DNA of 63,795 nucleotides, filler included, from Squatina squatina (lineage: Eukaryota), in the NCBI GenBank assembly GCA_031763465.1. It is 4 parts of 4 records of this genome, joined end to end, with 100 filler letters (N's around TTAATTAATTAA, not from the genome) between each part and the next. Parts side by side here need not be neighbours in the genome. Positions count along the whole stretch, not along the records: positions 37,997 to 51,808 come from JARFOE010000100.1; positions 51,909 to 63,795 come from JARFOE010000203.1; 2 more parts are not named here. The stretch is one strand, 5' to 3'. Below are positions 50,327 through 62,350 of the stretch, in pieces. The stretch's first letter is position 1. Each line of letters opens with the position of its first letter. The position numbers were made by a program, and so were the translations under genes. The notes beneath the pieces are model-generated. The model worked only from the letters and a program-made list of their open reading frames with translations. It was not told where the DNA came from and did not search any database.

Positions 50327-50444
50327 TTATAATGCATTGTGATGTGGCCCCCATCTTTTATTGATGTGATCAAAGGTGTGCGTCACCCACTGTTGCTCCA
50401 AGACTTTATAGCGTTCGCTGCACAGGTACAGTGGCTTGCCACGT
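50327..50444 (-). CDS. UBR3: E3 ubiquitin ligase UBR3, last coding exon
   Basis: tttatag|A-CGT. Encodes RGKPLYLCSERYKVLEQQWVTHTFDHINKRWGPHHNAL* versus recalled human RGKPLYICKERYKVLEQQWISHTFDHINKRWGPHYNGL*. Confidence 0.95.
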
Positions 50445-51249
50445 CTATAAATAAAAGAAAAAACACTAAGTATAAAGCAAAACAACATAAAATATATGTT
50501 CTAATTAAATGAGACAGTATATTTACTATCCCTAATATTAATCAATAGGAGCTCTGGATTTACACTATTGATATGTCAAAAGATGGGATTAGTCTACTTT
50601 ATTATTGAAAGCAGATAAATTGATAACTTTTAGCAGGTGAGAGAAGAAAGGAGTTTTGATTTTATTTGGGAGGGCTCAAAATCCCTTTAAACTCATCCCT
50701 CAATCTCTCTCAATGCCACACTCACTGTGTTCACTTCTGATCCAGCTGCCAGNNNNNNNNNNNNNNNNNNNNNNNNNNNNNNNNNNNNNNNNNNNNNNNN
50801 NNNNNNNNNNNNNNNNNNNNNNNNNNNNNNNNNNNNNNNNNNNNNNNNNNNNTGCAATGTTTACATAAGCAGTTTCCATTATAAATGTAGGCATAAGAAT
50901 TTATAATGGAAATGTAAAACAATTTGCATATATATAGTGCTTTTAGAAAAAAATATCCCAAGGTACTTCATAGAGGTATAATTCGACAAAAGCTGGATGG
51001 CAGGAGTGGTTGACCGAAAGCTTGGCCAAGGATGGATTTATAAAGAGGGGGAGGACTCTTAAAATGACTTTTAAATGGGGACTGAAATGCATCTGCCTGG
51101 TCAATTCCAGTTAACTCCCACCCTCTCGGCGCTTCACGCAAGACTACACTTGGACTTGATTCCCCATGTGCAAAGCCACAAAATATTGACTCGCTAAACC
51201 AAAAATTCTGATTTGTCCTATCCCATTAAAATGTATTTCATTTACTCAC

Positions 51250-51459
51250 CAGCACACATTCACAATAGCTTTGCTGTTTACAGCATTGACCTTTGAGGCA
51301 CACAAAGGTACCACACACCAGACAAAGAGCAGGATCCTTAGGCACCTTTGAACAGTGAACACAGGCTTTACGATGATAGTATTGAAAGATGGTATTGTAA
51401 TTCTCAGGTAGCTGAAGAAGACGTGGTAAAGACCACTGTGGATCCTGAACAAGTAGATT
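51250..51459 (-). CDS. UBR3: UBR3 Cys-rich C-terminal exon (210 nt)
   Basis: ttttcag|AAT...CTG|gtgagt. Encodes NLLVQDPQWSLPRLLQLPENYNTIFQYYHRKACVHCSKVPKDPALCLVCGTFVCLKGQCCKQQSYCECVL. Confidence 0.95.
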
Positions 51460-51808
51460 CTGAAAAGTATTTAAAAAAAATTTAGTCTCAAACTTACTAA
51501 GGCACTATTTCCAATATGTCAAGATCAAAGGAACCTTTATTGCAGTGCTTGCCTGAAGGAAACATCACTAAAGTTGCTCCTGCAATCTCCTTGAAATGAG
51601 ACACGGAAATTATTAGGCTTAAATGGTAGACTTAACTACCTTTAACAGAGGCAATCCACTGAGATGCACCTTCTGAAAACTCTCAGTGTGAAAGAAAGGG
51701 CAATGGAAAGTTCCTCGTGCTCATAATGTTATTGAGTGAAATTGATGGATAATGCTGCTACCACAATGTGGTTCCACAGTTCATCTGTTCTGACTACCCA
51801 TGGAATCT

Positions 51809-51908
51809 NNNNNNNNNNNNNNNNNNNNNNNNNNNNNNNNNNNNNNNNNNNNTTAATTAATTAANNNNNNNNNNNNNNNNNNNNNNNNNNNNNNNNNNNN
51901 NNNNNNNN
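51809..51908. other. Artificial scaffold linker 44N-TTAATTAATTAA-44N
   Basis: 12-mer at 51853-51864, centred in a 100-bp N block. Confidence 0.95.
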
Positions 51909-53140
51909 TCCCAATAGCGCACTATTGGTCCCTTAAATACTGAACGAATATCTGCATCTTTCAGTCAGCAAACATGGGCATGTGTTCTTATATTTGCTAA
52001 TGTTATCAGGACTGGCAGTTTGAGAGCAGACTTGTGGTAATTGGCAGATACAAGATTGTTTAAATTCATATCAATGACTGCAGTGTCACGACACATAGAG
52101 GATTCCAGGATAATCTGGCAGTTCCAGCTGCTGGATAGCTGATGACTCCTCTGGCTAACCTCTGTGTTGAATTGTGGCAAAGATGTAATGATGCTCATGA
52201 CAGAACAAATTTTGGGGGGTGCTCAGACAATAGTTGTGATGCTTGGATTGAAATAGTCAGGTTCAACTACATTTTCTTTGCAATAAAACCGTAGAATGAA
52301 ACTAATAAAACTACAGAATGCAGCATTTAACAAAACAATTGTATTTTACTGATCTTTTCTCCGTATGGGTTTATCTATTTACAAGTGGACCTTAAGTCCA
52401 TCCGTACCTCCTTTGGAGTGTGATTACCACCAGTTGTTGGTTGGTGAGAGGCCAGAAGTTGTGGATTGCTGTTGTTCCTGTGATTGTGGGTTCCCAATGA
52501 CTGGAGTGGTGACTAGCTTTGATGTCCTTCATCAGTGCTAGGAAGCCCTGTCTCTGAGTCCCTTTAACAGGTGCTATTAAAATCTATTTGGCATGGTCTT
52601 GTGCATGCTGTTGAGAAGGACTATGAAATCCCGATCAGAAAACTGGGATTTGCGGATGCCGCGAGAAGCCATTGCCTGTGCAGTCCGATCTCCTCAGCGC
52701 CCAATTGCATTTACGGCCTTTTTATAAGTAATAGTGTTTATGAGCTTATTAACTGCTTGCAAAGTGTGAAAATGAATGTCAGTGTAGGCACACACACATT
52801 GGTCAGTTGTTACCAAGCATAAATCAGACAGAAGAACACCCTGATACACATGATGGACTGGTGCTGCTCACAAACAGAAATCGCTGAACTTTAATACTTA
52901 TTTCTAAAACAGGAAATATACCTGACTGGTATCAGTGGAAGTAATGGCCATTCAGTTAAAAATTATTGGTGACGTCAAGAATTTACGATCAACAATATTT
53001 AATAAAAAGCAAATCACCAAAGCAAATAAAAATAGCACCTGATAGAAGTGAAATGTATACAGTAACCAATTCTCTCACAAGTGTACACTCTAAAACCACC
53101 TACACACATATTCTGAGCATCGCAGAAAGAGTCACCTTAC

Positions 53141-53217
53141 CTGCCAGCCAAGGTCTCGGAAGCTAACATACAGGTCGTGTCTCTTACATACTCGCTTCTG
53201 ATCTCCAGAATGATGGG
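53141..53217 (-). CDS. BMP8: BMP8-like exon, start of the TGF-beta mature domain (77 nt)
   Basis: cag|CC...CAG|gtaag. Encodes (A)[25 protein letters not shown], in phase with the upstream exon. Confidence 0.88.
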
Positions 53218-53758
53218 CTGATTGCACACATAATTTGAAAAAAGATAAATCATATTGTGGTCGCCAACCTACCTGTATTTTAGTTTAAATTAGCAATGTG
53301 GAAAATAGTGCCTCACAGAGATTCTTTTGCTTGGGTGGAGATGAAGTACATACTGTGTCTCACATATGATCTCATGATAAAATTCTAGCTTTAAATAGTA
53401 ATGTAAGATTTTTTATTTTTGTTCATAATTTAGCCCTTCTCCAGGTTCCTTGCTCCATCCTTGCTCTCTCTCCCAGCATGCTATGAAATCTTTAACCACT
53501 CCACAGTGCCTATCCACTTACCAGCAATTCTAACCAAACCATAGCCCCTTAAGGACTGTGACAACAGCTGCATCAAAAATATACATGCATTGCAACTATT
53601 AACATTTATTTTAAATCAGCTTTGATTCAAGTTAGTAGACAAGTAGCACGTGTCTTTCATGACACAAGAGGGAACTAAGACTATAAACTGGACTCATGGT
53701 TTAGCTCAAATTTAGTCTGGACATATAGTTTACTATATATGCATGTTAATTGTGTTAC

Positions 53759-53950
53759 CTGAGGTGCTAGGCAGTCTTTCACAGGATTCCTGTAATTGGC
53801 TGTATTTCTTACGACCTCTTCGTGGTTTTGTAGCCCGTATTGTACGAATAGGTGCCTGACTTGCTCTGAAAAAGGTCACCATGAATGGCTGCTTTGAGCG
53901 GGCCCCTCGTTGTCCGACCAGACCAATAGAGTCAGGGTCTAGACTGTGTC
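53759..53950 (-). CDS. BMP8: BMP8-like exon with furin site (192 nt)
   Basis: Encodes (G)HSLDPDSIGLVGQRGARSKQPFMVTFFRASQAPIRTIRATKPRRGRKKYSQLQESCERLPSTS. GHSxDP, GQR and VTFFRAS match BMP8 better than BMP5/6/7. AG/GT boundaries. Confidence 0.85.
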
Positions 53951-54089
53951 CTGGAGCTTAACAAAAAGAAATAAACAAATCAGCAAATGAACCAGTTTAA
54001 CACGATTGCTATGTTAAATACCATTTGGATAGATTTTTTTTAAGTAGTATTTCTTTATTATCTTAATCTTTTTTCTTTCTCTCTCTTCA

Positions 54090-54560
54090 ATACTCCAAGC
54101 CACACACCATACCTGGTTCATGGAACAGGCAGGCAGATTGCTGCTGGACAGCTGCCAATGCCACTCTGAAACCATCCACAAGGAGGTGCAATGCAGTAGT
54201 CCTGAAAAATGGTTCTCTGAATTTCCCTCCCTCACTGAGCTAGATTTGTCCTCCACAATCTTCAATATCACTATAATGGATGCTCGTGACAGCATAAAAC
54301 TAGTTTCTCATTTATCAGAATCTCCTGCTAACACATGGCCACAAAAATATATAAAATTGGAATTCACAACAGCACAACACATGGGACCATCTGCAAACTG
54401 TGCCATGGAGTAGTAGGCCACAAGATCTCACTTCTAATTTACAACACGGTAAGTTCCTGGTCTCAGCTGCACTGCCATGGGGAGCATAGTCGCTTCCACA
54501 AGATCCGGGAGCAGAGCTCAGAGGAACCACTGCAGTGTGCCTCCTTGTGGATGGTTTCAT
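54090..54560 (-). mobile_element. Degenerate non-LTR retrotransposon fragment
   Basis: Same unassigned LINE type as 32850-33330; heavily frameshifted. Confidence 0.45.
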
Positions 54561-55609
54561 GAGCTAGGTATGGGGTGGGGCTTGGAGTGATAGAAAGAAA
54601 AAAAATTAATGAATGCCATTTTAACATACCACAGTAACATAGTGAATTTGGAATACTTGCATAAATTCAGCATAATATTTTGGGTGGTCTTTGTTCACTT
54701 CAATTGAACTAATGTAAAGTCTTCACCAGTATAACAACAGCAGACTCCCAGTATTAATTATGCAGCAGTGTACAAACATGGCCACCATGGGACAGCCTTT
54801 GTTCCACCCTCCAGCAATGGCCAAAACAATAGGTTCATTTCTAGGGATGAGTGGTTAAACCACAAAGCAAAATCCTCTTTAGTGGTTTCGCTTCTCGTAA
54901 CTAGAAATTAGCCTGTTTTGGTGATTTTAAAAATGGGGTGAAAGATAGATAAAACTTAAAAAAATTCCGAGGATGTATGTGGTTGACACATCCATTGACT
55001 TTATTTGGTGTGCTTTTAAAACACACGTAGAAGAAGCCCAATTGCAGGTAATAACAGTTAAAATTAACAAGGCAGAGGGGGTGCCTCGGGAAGCTCTGGC
55101 GGTCACTGTTGCTGCCATCTTTCCATTCTTCAGTTATTGAAACTGCTGTGTGAATAAGACAGATTTAGGAGTTAGTGCTCCCAGATGTTCAGAGCTGTAT
55201 TGTTAATGAGGCAAGAGAGATAATCTGATGTAATTAGATCTACTAATTCAGTAATGAACTAGTAGTGTGGCTGGTTAAGGAATACGAGCATTCTAAAAGC
55301 TCCTTATGAACCAGGAAGCTTTCCTGTTGGAATAAGTGAGGATTGAATTGATGCCAGATTAAAACATTCACTTTAAGTTAACATTTCCATTATAGGAATA
55401 CTCTAGGATAAGGCCCTAAGGATAAGGCTTAAACTGTAAGAATTTGGAGGCATTTATAGGGGGGTGGAAACGGTGGGGGTTACTGTCAGGGGAAACTTTT
55501 ACTGCCAATACTCAAGAGTAAAAATGTAATTGTAGGGCCATATGGAGTGTGCTATTAATAGGTCACTTCAGTCCTGGAACATACTATATGTGATAGTTAA
55601 ATACAGTAC

Positions 55610-55758
55610 CTTCCTCAGTCTCCACACAAAGACGCAAGCCCAGATTATAATTTGGATTCATTAGCCAATCATTACTGGTTGCTGTGATGTCAAACTCCAG
55701 CCACCCTTCTTCTGTGGGCCACACTTCTTGATTGTCCAATAGGAGGAGCTCTGGTTCT
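55610..55758 (-). CDS. BMP8: BMP8-like prodomain exon (149 nt)
   Basis: ttacag|A-GAA...GAAG|gtactg. Encodes EPELLLLDNQEVWPTEEGWLEFDITATSNDWLMNPNYNLGLRLCVETEE, a BMP5/6/7/8-type prodomain. Confidence 0.88.
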
Positions 55759-57075
55759 CTGTAAGTGGGGAACAAAATGTTTGAGCCAGATATGTAGGAG
55801 CTTCAGTAATATCCTGATCTGTGATCTCGTAAAACGGAACTTTGTTTTAATTTGTGAATGCCATATTCCTTGCTGGCTCAATTTACAAGATTTACAAAAC
55901 TAGTGGGCCTCCCGTGGCATTGCTCGGGGTGAGTCAGAGGTTATGCTGTTGGAAGAGGGTTACGAGGGTTTGATAATTACAGAGTGTGCATCGCCAAAGT
56001 TTGTAAGCGATCTCCTCAGCGAAAGTGCAATGTCTTTTATTATTGTTCCTGGATAATAAATAAATAGAGATAGATAGGTTGATAGAAAGACAGACAGACA
56101 GACAAGGGTAAATGATGTTTATTGCTGGTGGGGCCTCACAGCAGCCGAAAACACTTCAATGCATTGGCTGCATTCAAAGCCCCACCATTAGATTGGGGCC
56201 TTGCAAAATCTAACCTATAATATTATCCTTCCCCATAATCTTTGTATGTCTCACAAGGGTGCCACACCTCTTCACCTTCGCTGCCCATCTGTTTTGAGTA
56301 TGGGTAAAGGCAAAAAAAAATGTATGAAATCTAAATCCCAGCAAGATGAATTAAGTTGCATTTTTCCTTCTTTAATAAATGCCTCTGTAATTGTCCATAA
56401 TGTTACTAAAAGGTTCTGCTTAAATAACTGTACTTAAATTGGTGTATTTTAGGACACCCTTCTAAACTTCAATAAACTTCAAAAACTTTCTAGAATTTCC
56501 ACTATTTACAGTAATTATTTGTTTTCAGTTCTGAGATAAACATAATTAAAAGTACAGATGGTGTAAGCATTTAAAATATAAGATTAAACAATGCGAAATT
56601 TCAAAGAAAAGATTTTCACTGTCCCACGTGCAATAGTCTTTATTTGCTATACAAACAGTACATTGAATAGAACAACCTACATTGTGTTTTCAGGAAAGCT
56701 ACCCCAGAAAAATGAAAGAGATCAAGCTTTATTTTATTTTGATGTTTATACCAAAAAAACAAATTCTGTTATTTTCATTGTTCCGAAGCCTCTAATTTTG
56801 CATATACATATAGAAATTGTACTGTGCTTCTCGGTTTCAGGAATTCACTGATTAAACATGACAGCATCATTCTTTATTGTATTTGAGCACTGGATTGGTC
56901 TGAAAGTCACATGGAGGACAACATCTCGAAGCACTTTACAATTAAGAGAACAATAAATAGGGGATGTTAAACAAGAGGTGGAAAGGAAGAACAGAGAGGG
57001 TTAGCGCGACAAACCAAGAGTATGATCAAACCGTAAGGTTTTAAGGAGGTTTTTGAAAATAGCAAATATGAAAAG

Positions 57076-57448
57076 ATGGAGGGAAGTAAAGAGAGTACCA
57101 GAGGGAACCAGAGAAGGAGTACGAGAGAGGGAGTACTAGAGAGGGAGTACCAGAGAGGAAACTGGAGGGGGAGGGAACTGGAGGGGGAATTAGCAGGGGA
57201 ACACGAGAGGGAACTAAAGAGGGAACTAGAGAGGGAGTACCAGAGGGAATACCAGAAAAACTGAGGAAGGAGTACTAGTGGGAACTAGAGAGGGAACTAG
57301 AGATGGAGTACCAGGAGAGGGAGTACTCGAGAGGAAACTGGAGGGGGAGGAAAGTGAAGGGGGAACACGAGAGGGAATTAGAGAGGAAACTAGAGAGGGA
57401 GTACTAGTGGGAACTAGAGGGGTAGTACCAGAGGGAACTAGAGAGGGC
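57076..57448 (+). repeat. GA-rich degenerate minisatellite
   Basis: Repeated 10-14 nt units such as gagagggaacta and gagagggagtacca. Confidence 0.85.
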
Positions 57449-57821
57449 AGCAGCATAGTGACTGAACAAGTTAGGGTAGGGAAAGGTAATGGGTAAAGTT
57501 GAAAGGGTAAGAATTTTGAAGTCAACTCGCTAGGACGCAGCAAGCGAGAATACCTTGCTTCCAACAAGTGCAAGGAGCTCATAGACTTCTAAGATTGAGA
57601 CCATCCGTTCAGGTGCATCTGGTGCTTCCTTCCCTTCCCTGAGCGACCCCACCAAGCCAAACTTCCCCTAAAGTTCACCCCCGCCCTAGCCCTGAAGTCA
57701 CGCCTTTCTCTAGTTTCTGTCNNNNNNNNNNNNNNNNNNNNNNNNNNNNNNNNNNNNNNNNNNNNNNNNNNNNNNNNNNNNNNNNNNNNNNNNNNNNNNN
57801 NNNNNNNNNNNNNNNNNNNNN

Positions 57822-57904
57822 TGATCGTGTTGAATGGCGGTGCAGGCTCGAAGGGCCGAATGGCCGACTCCTGCACCTATTTTCTATGTTTCTATGTTTC
57901 TATG
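57822..57904 (+). mobile_element. Young CR1 3' end
   Basis: gaatggcggtgcaggctcgaagggccgaatggcc...(ttctatgt)n, the reverse complement of the element at 45069. Confidence 0.85.
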
Positions 57905-58809
57905 CTGTTCCTCTTTCACATGCATATGCTATACAATCTTTATCGTAAACTGTACCAGGCTCTGAAGGGCTGGAGAAGAACTCCTAAAAGGCACAATCAC
58001 ATATACTCAGCAAGGAAGAAGTTGAAAGGGAGCCAGAACAGTAAAAGCATTATCAGCAATGTGAACAATACTCATGATAGTAACTTTCCCAAAGAGTTTA
58101 AAGGGGTAATGTGCTTATTACATTTTTGGGTCCATCTTCTTAACGCTACAATTTTCAGCTCTAGCATTTTAAATCACTCTTATAGATGAGTCCCAAATAA
58201 TATTCCCTGTAAGCTGCACTTTGTCCTGCACAGTCTGTTTCCTTTAGTGCGCAGTCCCTTTAAATTTCCGCACATATGCAGCAATTACATTGACAAGTCG
58301 GTGAGCGGCCCGCGCGGGTCCTTTTTTCAATTGTGCAGCCGCACATTGTTGTGTATCTGTACTCCTGGATCCCTTTGCTCCTCTAACCCATTCAGGCTCT
58401 TATTTTCCAAGCAGCATGTGCCCCCCTTATTCTTCTGAATAAAATGCACCACCTCGCGCTTATCTATATCCTGCAACATCAGTTACATGGAAGAATATAT
58501 AGCTCAGATCAGTGACCTTTGATCTATGCAGAACATGAACCCACATATAACCTGGCCCCTGGGGTTATTTATGCCAATCCAGTAAAAAACTCTACTTCCA
58601 GGCATAAAGCAGAGTGCCGAAGGGTAGCCCAGAGTCATCCATAAATGGAAAGAGAACTTTGTTCATAAGATTAAGGATTATATGGCAATTCAGAATATAC
58701 TTTCCCTTTAATAAATTAGAAATATCTTAAATTTAGTTAATAGCATATACAAATTAAATTTTTCGATACAGAGAATGTAATACTGCAATATCACTTCCTT
58801 TTCAATGTC

Positions 58810-60130
58810 TTTGAATGTGTGGTCACCTCCCAAATCCGTGCCCATCTTCCCGTTAGTCCATTTTTGAACTCCTCCAATCAGTTTTCTGCCCCTGCCACAG
58901 AGCTGAAACGGCCCGTATCAAAGTCACAAATGACATCCTGTGTGACTGTGACCATGGTAAACTATCCCTCCTCATTTTTCTTGACCTGTCTGCAAACTTT
59001 AACACAGTTGATGACACCAACCTCCTCCAACGCCTCTCCTCTGTCATCCAGCTGGGTGGGACTGCCCTCGGCTGGTTTCATTCTTATCTACCCAGTCGTA
59101 GCCAGAGGATCACTTGCAACGGCTTCTCTTCCCATTCCCGCACCATTACCTCTGGGGTCCCCCAAGGATCTCTCCTTGGCCCCCTCCTATTTCTTACCTA
59201 CATGCTGCCCCTCGGCAAACACGACGTCAGTTTCCACATGTACGCTGACAACACCAAGCTCTACCTCACCACCACCTCACTCAATCCCTTCACTCTCTCT
59301 GTTTTGTCACTCATCTTGTACAATGAGCAGAAATTTTCCCCAACTAAATATTGGGAAGACCGAAGCCATTGTTTTCAGTCCTCGCCACAAACTCCGTTCC
59401 CCAGGCACCGACCTCATCCCTCTCCCTGATCATGAGGATGAACCAGATTATTTGCAACCTTGGCAACCTATTTGAAACTGAGCTGGGCTTCCGACCACCT
59501 ATCTGCTGCTTCAGCAAGACCGCCTACTCCCACATCGCCTGTCTCAACCTCTGCCTCAGCTGCTGAATCCCTCATCCATGCCTTTGTTACCTCTAAACTT
59601 GACTATTCCAATGGTCTTCTGGCCGGCCTCCCATTTCACACGCGTGATAAACTTGAACAGTCTGCTGTCCATGTCCTAATTCACACCAAGTCCCGGTCAC
59701 TATCACCCATGTTGGCTCCCGGTCCGGTAATGCCTCGATTTTAAAATTCTCATCCTCACTTTCAAATCCCTCCATGGTCTTGCTCCCTCCCCATCTCCGT
59801 AATCTCCTCCAGCACTAAAACCATCCGAGATCTCTGCGTTCTTCCAATTCTGTCATCTTGCGCACCCCCGACTTTAATCATTCCAGCATTGGTGGCTGTG
59901 CCTTCAGCTCCCTGGGCCCCCAAGCTCTGGAATTCTCTCCCTGAACCTCTCTGTCTCTCTTTCCACCTTCAAGGTGCTCCTTAAAACCTACCTCTTTGAC
60001 CACGCTTTTGGTCATCTGCCCTAATATCTCCTCCTGTGGCTCAGTGTCAAATTTTAATTTATAACGCTGCTGTGAAGCGCCTTGGGATGTTTGCCTTAGG
60101 TGCTATATAAATGCAAGTTGTTGTTGTTGT
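58810..60130 (+). mobile_element. L2-clade LINE, RT to 3' end, 5'-truncated and frameshifted
   Basis: IKVTNDILCDCDHGKLSLLIFLDLSA, GVPQGS, HMYADNTKLYL, QLNIGKTEAI, LIHAFVTSKLDYSNGLLAGLP; ends tatataaatgcaag(ttg)n. Confidence 0.9.
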
Positions 60131-61741
60131 TAAAGAGGATGGAAGTGAGGAACATTTTGGGCAAGTGGAAGCTTAACAACAGGAAGTAAACGTTAGCATC
60201 AATCAGGAATGCACATGGTGGCTATTGGGAACAAAAGTATAATTTAAAAGGCAGGCTAGTGGACACCTCAATATTAAAGAAATATATGGGGATTAGAGTG
60301 ACAAATATGCTTTTGTGAGAATTTTCTTCATCATCCCGTTATGCTTTCAAAGCAATATTCAGTCCTGAACATTACTTTATCAAATCCTTTTGAGAAGGAC
60401 CACTGAATAACTGTGCATGTGGGAAGAACAAACTGATGGATTCTGATTGATGTTATCTGCAGAGTTCCAAGTTCAAGTACTGATATGACAAGATACCAGA
60501 ATGTGCTGAGTGTGGCACCTCAGATTAAAGCCAGCTCTAACCTTGTGTGGAGGAACATTGCATAGATTGGCAAATGAATGGAATCTCTCAGACAGTTAAC
60601 ACAAGCTGTCAACTGAGGACTGAGATGCAGCCAGCAGTATTTCAGAGAAACTTTCAGTCGCTATCTCGAGCTGAAGCTTTACTGACTTACAGTACGTGCA
60701 GTTATGTAGGTTCAGGACGAGCCTGTTAATATTGAAGGAAGTGTTTCATAAACCATACTTACCAGCCACCAGAGCTTTGGGGGGAGGAGTGGGGGTTGAA
60801 GGGAGACTAGGTTTTTCCTTCTTATCTTGACTTTTGATATTATCCTTCAGAGTTATGAGCTAAAAATGTTATTTTGTTGAAAAAAGGCAAGAACTGCCTC
60901 CCCCATGCACTCCACAGCCCCCATAACAGCTGCCCAGACTTCAATTGTCATAATCTTGCCCAGTTTCTCCCTACTAGTAATCTCAACCCCAAGCCCTCCC
61001 GAGTCTCTCCTTCATTTCCATTCTGCCTGAGCTCCATCCTCAAACCTCCATCAAACCCCAGCACAGTAATTAACCATTCCTGGCATTACTGCCAGCTATT
61101 TCCTTCCAACTATTTTAAACTCACCACATTCTTACATACAATACATTTCATTGTAACAAACTTCAAGCTTATAGTTTTCAGCTGTCCTTTCCTGATTAAC
61201 CCCTTGAGGACTGCCGCAGCATCTCCACATGAAATAAATATATAACTGGGTTGCCTTATCCTTTCACTTTGTTTGGTCAATTAAAGGAGCAGTACACCAT
61301 AATTAAAATCACCCAAATTTCACTGATTTAATGCTCGCACCCTATTGGAACAACTAGACTTACTTGCTGTCATCTGCAGCCTGGGGGGGAATGGTGGCAG
61401 GGTGGTCGCTGCCCCGGTCTCCATCGAGGGGCCCGGGCCTGAGCTCCTCTTTTTATCGGTAATTGGTTTTTTTCGTAAATCGTTTTTGCACGGTAATCGT
61501 TTGAATGCGGGCTGACGAGGCTGTTTGCCCCAGGGCCCATGCTGGCTCTCGTTGCCCCTGCTCGTCTGAACATTTTCCTTTTAAAACCAGGACTCCAAAG
61601 GTCTGGGGTATCTCATCATATATTCAATACAGTACCGCAGCAACATATTTTATTTTAAAAATAATCATTATTTATTAAATGCTGAAGGAAAAGAGTTCTG
61701 CTGCTGGAAACTATTCCAAAGAGTGATCATTCCAGCATATA

Positions 61742-61930
61742 AGGATGATTTTCCACTTTGCGTTCTTAGTGCGAAGCTTCATTCCTCTGGGAGCGTGCAT
61801 CAGGAAATTAGGCGCAGGCAGCCCTGATTTTCTGTTGAGGGCAAACCAGAGCCTGTATGAAATTTCCCAACTTGCACTCCCAGTGGGCAAGGCTTTGCAC
61901 CTGGAATGCAAAAGTGGAAACTTTACCCTA
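61742..61930. mobile_element. Possible small MITE
   Basis: Imperfect inverted termini: ggatgattttccactttgcgttc versus reverse-complemented gggtaaagtttccacttttgcattc. Confidence 0.4.
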
Positions 61931-61989
61931 TTGCTCCAAGTACCGTGGCGGCAGAGTGTTGCTTTATGATTCAGACACCAGAGTTTGAA

Positions 61990-62350
61990 TACAAAAGCAA
62001 AGTACTGCGGATGCTGGAAATCTGAAAAAAAAAAACAGAAAATGCTGGAAATACTCAGCAGGTCAGGCAGCATCTGTGGAGAGAGAAACAGAGTTCATGT
62101 TTCAGGTCGATGACACTTCGTCAGAACTGGAAAAAGTTAGAGCTATAACATGTTTTTGAGCAAGTGCGGGGGCAGGGAAAGAGGGGAGGGAGGAAAGAAT
62201 AAAAGGGAAGGTCTGATGGTGGAAGGCAGAAGAGATTAAAAGACAAAAAGGGACGATAGTGCAAAGCAAAAGGAGATGATAATGGGATAAGTTAAGAAAG
62301 AAAAGATGAGTCTAGATAGGGTGTAAATGAAAATGGCAGAGTCATCAACA
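61990..62350 (-). mobile_element. Penelope-like element 3' terminal region
   Basis: caaaagcaaagtactgcggatgctggaaatctg...aatgctggaaatactcagcaggtcaggcagcatctgtggagagagaaacagag, recalled as the terminus of shark Penelope elements; repeated at 63728 and 5919. Confidence 0.65.

Noticed and set aside
50327-55758. BMP8-UBR3 fusion or cluster (same strand, BMP8 lacking its 3' exons)
   Set aside because: The two are separated by the artificial linker at 51809-51908.
57226-57582. Ser/Pro/Thr-rich mucin-like ORF
   Set aside because: It is the translation of the GA-rich minisatellite inside a BMP8 intron.
58819-59475. 218-aa gap-free ORF as a novel protein
   Set aside because: Mostly an off-frame reading of the L2 RT, rejoining the L2 frame at QLNIGKTEAI.
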